This document shows positions 57,901 to 64,000 of a stretch of DNA of 64,000 bases, piece after piece; position 1 is the first letter of the stretch; the number at the start of each line of letters is the position of its first letter. The DNA is from the human T2T-CHM13v2.0 reference genome, Homo sapiens. Position numbers and translations under genes: made by a program. The notes below the pieces were generated by a model. The model was not told the DNA's origin, made no database searches, and saw only the letters and a list, made by a program, of their open reading frames with translations. Location: NCBI RefSeq assembly GCF_009914755.1, contig NC_060925.1; one strand, given 5' to 3'.

Positions 57901-59482
57901 GTGTGTGCACTGCGTGGTGTGTGTGCGCTCGGGTTTGCTTGTCTGTGGGGGCGGGGCCGTATCCACTGGACACTAAGAACTCTGTTGCTTTCAAGCCCCC
58001 ATTTGGGGACCATTCTGGATTTTTCACATTTCTTCCAGTCTGGCACATTCCTCCCCAAACACCGGCGTCTTCCCATGGCAGGAGGGATTTCGCTGCCTGT
58101 GGGGCTTCAGTGCTGAACCAGGCAGCCCTGAGCAGACCAGGACCGAGCTTCCCAAACCTGACCGGGAAGGAGCCCTGGTTGCATCTGGGATCCACGTGGT
58201 CGACAGAGAATCAGCTCGCAGCTCACCACCCCAGTGACTTCAGGGCAGCCCACCTTCCCCTGGCGCTCCTCAAACGAGCCAGGGAGTGGCCCCTGCTCAG
58301 ACTCCCCTCCTGCCTCCCGGACCCTGCAGGCCTACCCGCCCCAGTTGCCCTTTGCCCTCCTGCAGCCTTCTGGGGGTGCTACATGTCTGAGGCCCGGTCT
58401 TCTGTCCTGCTCCTCCTGATGGGGGGTCTGGGCACTCTCCCTAATTCATCGCGAAGACTCTGACACCCAATGCCCGTCTTCAGGCCCCGGCAGATGCAGA
58501 GAAGTGGGCTTCACACCCACATCTGCCTGACCTCAGGTGCTGGCTCCTGCAGTCACAGCCCTGAGCCCCGGCCCCTCCAGGCTGTCTCCTGCTTGTCCAG
58601 GTGGGCATGAGCTGGTCAGTTCCTGGCCACTGCCCTTCAGACCCCATGCCAGGACTTTGGGTTGGGCTCTGGGCATGGCACTAGCCAGGCCTGGGTGCCT
58701 CCTTGAGCAGCTGAGGGCTGGGAGGGATGACAATGTAAGCGGCTATCTGGCTTCAGGCCCAGGCTGGCCATCTGGTGGCCATAGCTCTCACAGGCTGGGC
58801 CCCTGCTTCTCCTGGCTCCCCTCTTAGGGGCAGGAGACCCTCAGTGGCCTCACTGCGGACTGCTGGACAGGCCCTGTGTGGAGGCACCATCCGGGTCCGC
58901 CATGCCTCGTGGGTCAGAACATCCCTGTGAAGTGCATGGTGTTTTCTGTGGCTGCCACAGGAGGCTCTGGCCAGGGTTGCCCCCCACTGTGGCTCTCATT
59001 TTTTTCAAAGCCCAGCTCACCTCCTTCCTGAGCAGCCAATGCCTGCACAGAGCACAGAGCCAGGTGGATTAGGAACCCAGTTGATGAGAAGCAGAGGCCC
59101 TTGGTTTAAGCCTGATCTTGTGACAGACAGGAAGCAGAGACCCTCTAAGGGAGCTCAGGCTGCCCAAGGCCACCTGCCCAGCAGGCCCCACAAAGTTCTT
59201 CCACTCTAGGAGCACTGCAGCAAGGTTCCCTCTTAGAAACCAAAACAGATGGCTTGACCCCACTCAGGACCTCGAGTGGTCAACCCCTGAGTAGCCCCAC
59301 TGGGCAAAACCATCTCTGCCCAAGGAAGGCGTCCTTAACTCAATTTTTGCCTTTCCAGGTCTTCTCTGAAAGAGGCCAAACAAGTTTTTAAAAGTTTAAG
59401 AAAATCGAACAGAGGAGGAGAAAAATAAAGCCACAAATATGGAATCATGGAATAATGATTCCGTAATAATGGCCCACCATAA

Positions 59483-59845
<363 letters not shown>

Positions 59846-60254
59846 TAGAACAGGTCTACCAGCATTGAATAGAAATCAGGGAGTGCTCACTGTTTGGAAG
59901 AGAAGGCAGACAATGAAACTGGGTAGACAGGCGGCTGTGGAGCACGGCTCTGGCCTCTGAGATGCCTGGGGCCAAAGCCAAGGGTGGATAGATCTGTGTT
60001 TCTGTGCCTCACAGCATGAACCTAGATAGGTGATGCTTCCTGGGAGAAGCAGGTTTAATCCAGGCACTGCTTTCTACAAAGAGCTGTTCTCAGAGGGCTT
60101 CTCTGAGGTCAAGGCAGGGTCTTCTGCCAAGGCATGCTGGGTGGGTGGGGTCCCAGACACCCATGGCTGCAATGAGATTTGCAGGAGATGCAGATCACCT
60201 CAGCCCAGTGTTCTTCATAACCTGTCCCAGTGTCTAGGAGCTCCATAACATTCA

Positions 60255-60752
60255 TCCTGTGACCCTAACACTAACCCTGATCCTCTACCTAACACTGACC
60301 CTACCAATAACCCTGACACTAACCCTGACCCTAACACTGACTTTAATACTGACCCTACCAGTGATCCTGACATGAACCCTGACCCTAACCCTCACTGTAT
60401 CGCTGACTCTCACTGTGACACTGTGACCAAGACCCTGACCCTGACCCTAAGTCTAGCCCTAAACCTGATCGTAACACTAACACTGACCATGAACTTGACC
60501 CTAACTCTAACCCAGGCTCTAACCCTAACCCAGAACCTGACCTTATGATACTGATACCCTGATGCTGACGCTGACCATAACCCTAACCACCGCCCCAACC
60601 CTAACCCTGACCTTATGACCTTGATCCTAACCCTAACTCTGAACCTAACTATGACACTGACTCTAGTCCTGACCATAATTCTGATCCTACTGCTAACCCT
60701 AACCTTGACCCTGACCCCCCAACTCACACCCTGACCAGGACCCTAACCCTAT
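60255..60752 (+). repeat. Degenerate interstitial telomere-like hexamer array (CCCTAA/CCCTGA/CACTGA)
   Basis: ctaaccctgaccctaacactgac... maintained 6-bp periodicity over about 500 bp. Confidence 0.88.
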
Positions 60753-61159
60753 GTTTGAACTAAATGTCTTCACGTATTAGGGATGTTTTAAGGTTCTTGT
60801 AAGTTTGGATGCATCTTGCTGACTTGCATTATTTATAATTACAAACACAAGCAGCTATGATTGAGCTTTGCAGCAAATGTTTTCCTTCTCTTGACTTCTG
60901 GGTCAGTTTAATTAAAATGTGCTTTGCTGTAGAAGTCAAGCTTTTTAAAAAACCATTGAATTTATTGGACAAAACACAATATGTTGTAGCTGAGACCACA
61001 CGGCCATTCAGAGTCCCAGATTTTGCATTTTTGTATGTATCAAAACAGTCTTGTTATCCTTACTGCCTTTAGAAGTATTCTGCTTGACATACATAAAAAT
61101 GCATAATTCAAAATACTGATTTCATTTGATTCATTGCCAAAAGTAAGTTTGAAATCCAC

Positions 61160-61290
61160 AAACACATAGACACAGACGCACAGCAGCAGGCAGATGCTGA
61201 GAGACCGTCTCAGGCACATGGGATGCACACACAGACACACGGGGAAGCACACACAGACACACGGGGAAACACACACACACACAGCATGTG
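61160..61290 (+). repeat. CA-rich microsatellite
   Basis: Directly visible. Confidence 0.75.
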
Positions 61291-64000
61291 CACGGAGCAC
61301 CGTGATGCACAGAACATCTCAGAAAGTAAATATGGAGTTACCAGAAGGTCAGGCTGCTTCCTCAGGTGAAGCACAGAACCCCCCTGCAGGGGCCCTGGGA
61401 TCTCATTTGTGAGCAGTCCAGGAGAGGCCCTGGCCCAAGCAGGCTCCCTCCAGAGGCCTCAGAGGTCCTGTGGTGCCTACCCTGCAGCCAGGCTCCAGTG
61501 CCCCAGATCTCCATGCTTTGTAATCTTCAGTGTCTGGGCTGTCAGAGGCTGTCCTCTCGGGGCCAAATGTGATGTGGGGATCACAGCGGGTACTTTGAGG
61601 AGGGGCAGGGTTCGCATTTGGAAACCCCCCAACACACACCGTGTCCAATCTCCTCCCTGTGTCAGGACAGAGGAAGGCTTCGTGGCCCAGAGGCCTGTCC
61701 AGGCTGGGGCACCACGTGCTCTTTGGCATGTCTCTCCCTCCACAGGCCTCCATTTCCCCATCTGTGCAGTGGGGATGTCAGCGGCCCAGCAGAGGGAGCT
61801 GCTGCTGCTCAGGCCCTTGTGCGTGAGTGTCCAGCATCTGGTGGAGGGGCAGGGCCGAGGGTCTGAGCGGGGCTCTGGAGACTCTCAGGGCTGTGTCCTC
61901 GACCTCTCCCACTGTGAATGCTGAGAGCCACACGGACCCCGCAGCTGAGGCTGGGTGTCTGCTGGCTGTGTCTGGGGAAGCCCAGAGCCTTCAAGCTGCC
62001 CAGCCAACCTCAGGCCACAGAAACCTAGCCTGGGGAGGGGATCCTGGGTTGCTGCCCCAGCTGGAGGCAACTCAGGGACACACAGGCCCCAGGGGTTGAC
62101 CACAGGCTCCTAAGCCAGGGCCTTAGCCGATCATAGGTGCTCCAGGGGCCTCTGCTCCAGAGCATGGGTCTGGGAGCCGAAGCCCTCCACCTCAGGGCTG
62201 TGCCAGGCCTCGCAGGGGTCAAGGGCCTCTGTGGCATCTCTGGCAGGCACAGCTCACCCCAACCCATGGCAAATGCTCTGCTGGAGACAGAGGCACAGCC
62301 TGATGTGGGTGATCCCCCTGCATGGGGCTGTCTCCCTGCCCCAGGGGCCTGTGCTCACGGGGGTGCAGGGTCCCATAAACTTCCCAAGGTAGATCCCACA
62401 CCAGCAGGAGCCTCTTCCAAGGAGGCTGGGAATCAGGGCCTGGGCCCCTCAAAGGGTCCTGGGAAGTCCTGGTCACTCCAGCATGACCTCCTGCACAAGT
62501 GACCGAGTGTGCCACCCACTGCTCTCCCGATGCTGGGCCAGGGCAGCCCAGCCTCCAGCCAGCTGCACGGAAGAGGGATTGGGAGAGCAAAGCTGGGGCC
62601 GCTCAAGTCAGGGCTGGGCTGCCCCAGGGTCCTGGGGACTTCTGCCCTTCCATTTTGCTTGGCAGGCCCTGTGGTGCTAGGGGATGGGAGGTGGCCTGAG
62701 GGGCTATCTTCTCAAATGCCCCAGAGCTCGGAGCCTACTGTGCTGGGATCAGCCAGTACTTGGCCCTGGGAGGAAGACAGGCAGCCCTCATGCCTTCCGA
62801 GGAGGCCTGAGCCAAAAGCCAGCATCCCTGGGAAGCCAGGCCATGGGAGGAGACCTCTCTCCAAACAGGTCTCCTGCTGGAAGCCACATCCCAGCCGCAC
62901 TTCCCAGGAGTCCCCCCAGCCCTCTGGGGCCAAGAGAAGTCAGGAGCCATGCTGCCTGCGGCTGCTGGGCTGGAATGTGGGATGAGGGACTGGGATCAGG
63001 TTTCCTCCCCTGCCTGACTTGCTCATTTCAGGAGGGGAGCTGGGCCCTACTCTAATCAGGACCAGCTGTGCTGGCTGGGGCAGTGGGGGATGTGCCTGCG
63101 GGGAGAGCAGGGCCCTGCACTCCCTCCTGGCTCCCAGGAAATCCCCAGGAAGCTCTTACGGTGGGAGAAACTGAGGCCTGGGGTGTGGAGCTGCAGCACA
63201 CCCCTGTCCAGCCACACAGGGCCCTGCCCTGAGAGAAGCTGGCTGCCCCAGCTTCCCCAGCACCCAGTGCCATCAGAGCTGGTTCTGTGCCTCTTGGCAG
63301 CAGGGGGCAGGGGCATCGCCCACTGGGATGCTCCTCAGGCCAGCTCCAGAGGGCCGTCCCAGGAACATGACAGCTGTGGCGAAGGGAATTTCATACTGGG
63401 AGCCCCCCGGCACCCCAGCCATTGCAGAGGGAGGATCTAGCCATGTCTGGGCTGCTGGGCCAAATTCCACCACACCAGCTTGGGCACAGGACCAATGCCG
63501 TGGGCGGCCACGGCTCTGCAGGAGCTGGAAGTCAGGCTGGCCTCCAGTCAGGGAGCCGAGGTGGGTGGGCCCACTGGGTGCTGGGGAGGAGACAGAGATC
63601 AGTTCCACTTTGGCTGAGACTTACAGAGAGGCTGGGCCCTGGACTGGGGGATCACAGAGGGTGAGAGGGGCACTGTGGCTGGCTCAGGGCTGAGGGGTGG
63701 TGTGGCCCTGGCAGGAGGGTCCCTGGCAGGACACAGAGGGTAGCTGGGAAGGTCAGGCATTGGGGCAGGAGCTGCAGGGCCCAGCGCCAAAGGAAGCAGT
63801 GTGCTCAGACACCTGCGCTCCAGACCCCAGGGGCTTCTCTAGGCAGGGATCCTCCAGGCCACCCAGCAGCCTCACACCGCGCCTCACACTGCTGTTCTCC
63901 TATGAGGGGCAAAGAGGGTTGGAGGAAGACACCTTGGGACAGGCCCAGCTGTGGGGAGGGGCAGCAACACACAGGCGGGGCTGGGCCCCAGGGCAGGTCC

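Noticed and set aside
57266-58463. 300-aa ORFs on both strands
   Set aside because: GC-rich CpG island with no recognisable domain and non-ATG starts

Overview
Human (primate) genomic DNA, recognisable as the JMJD4/SNAP47 locus (chr1q42 from recall). JMJD4 (minus strand, 6 coding exons, 417 aa from ATG 4207 or 463 aa from ATG 4345) and SNAP47 (plus strand, first exon plus 4 coding exons, 419 aa from ATG 16670 or 464 aa from ATG 4344) sit head-to-head on a shared CpG-island promoter. I traced all splice junctions by hand (GT-AG, frames close exactly). The rest is Alu, L1, L2, ERV/MaLR LTR and DNA-transposon relics, several minisatellites, a second orphan CpG island (~55.7-57.9 kb) and a ~500 bp degenerate telomere-like array (~60.3-60.75 kb). 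There is no new multi-gene system. The best leads are: (1) both long-isoform start codons are the two strands of one CATG inside an NRF1-type palindrome; (2) a candidate 180-nt in-frame cassette exon that would add a 10-cysteine cluster to SNAP47; (3) several routes to a SNAP47 lacking its C-terminal SNARE helix (alternative last exon, exon 2-3 circRNA, exon 4 read-through); (4) an open in-frame last intron in JMJD4; (5) a TCAGGG-rich interstitial telomeric array with an open Val-Arg frame. Repeat subfamily names come from recall of consensus sequences and need RepeatMasker confirmation.
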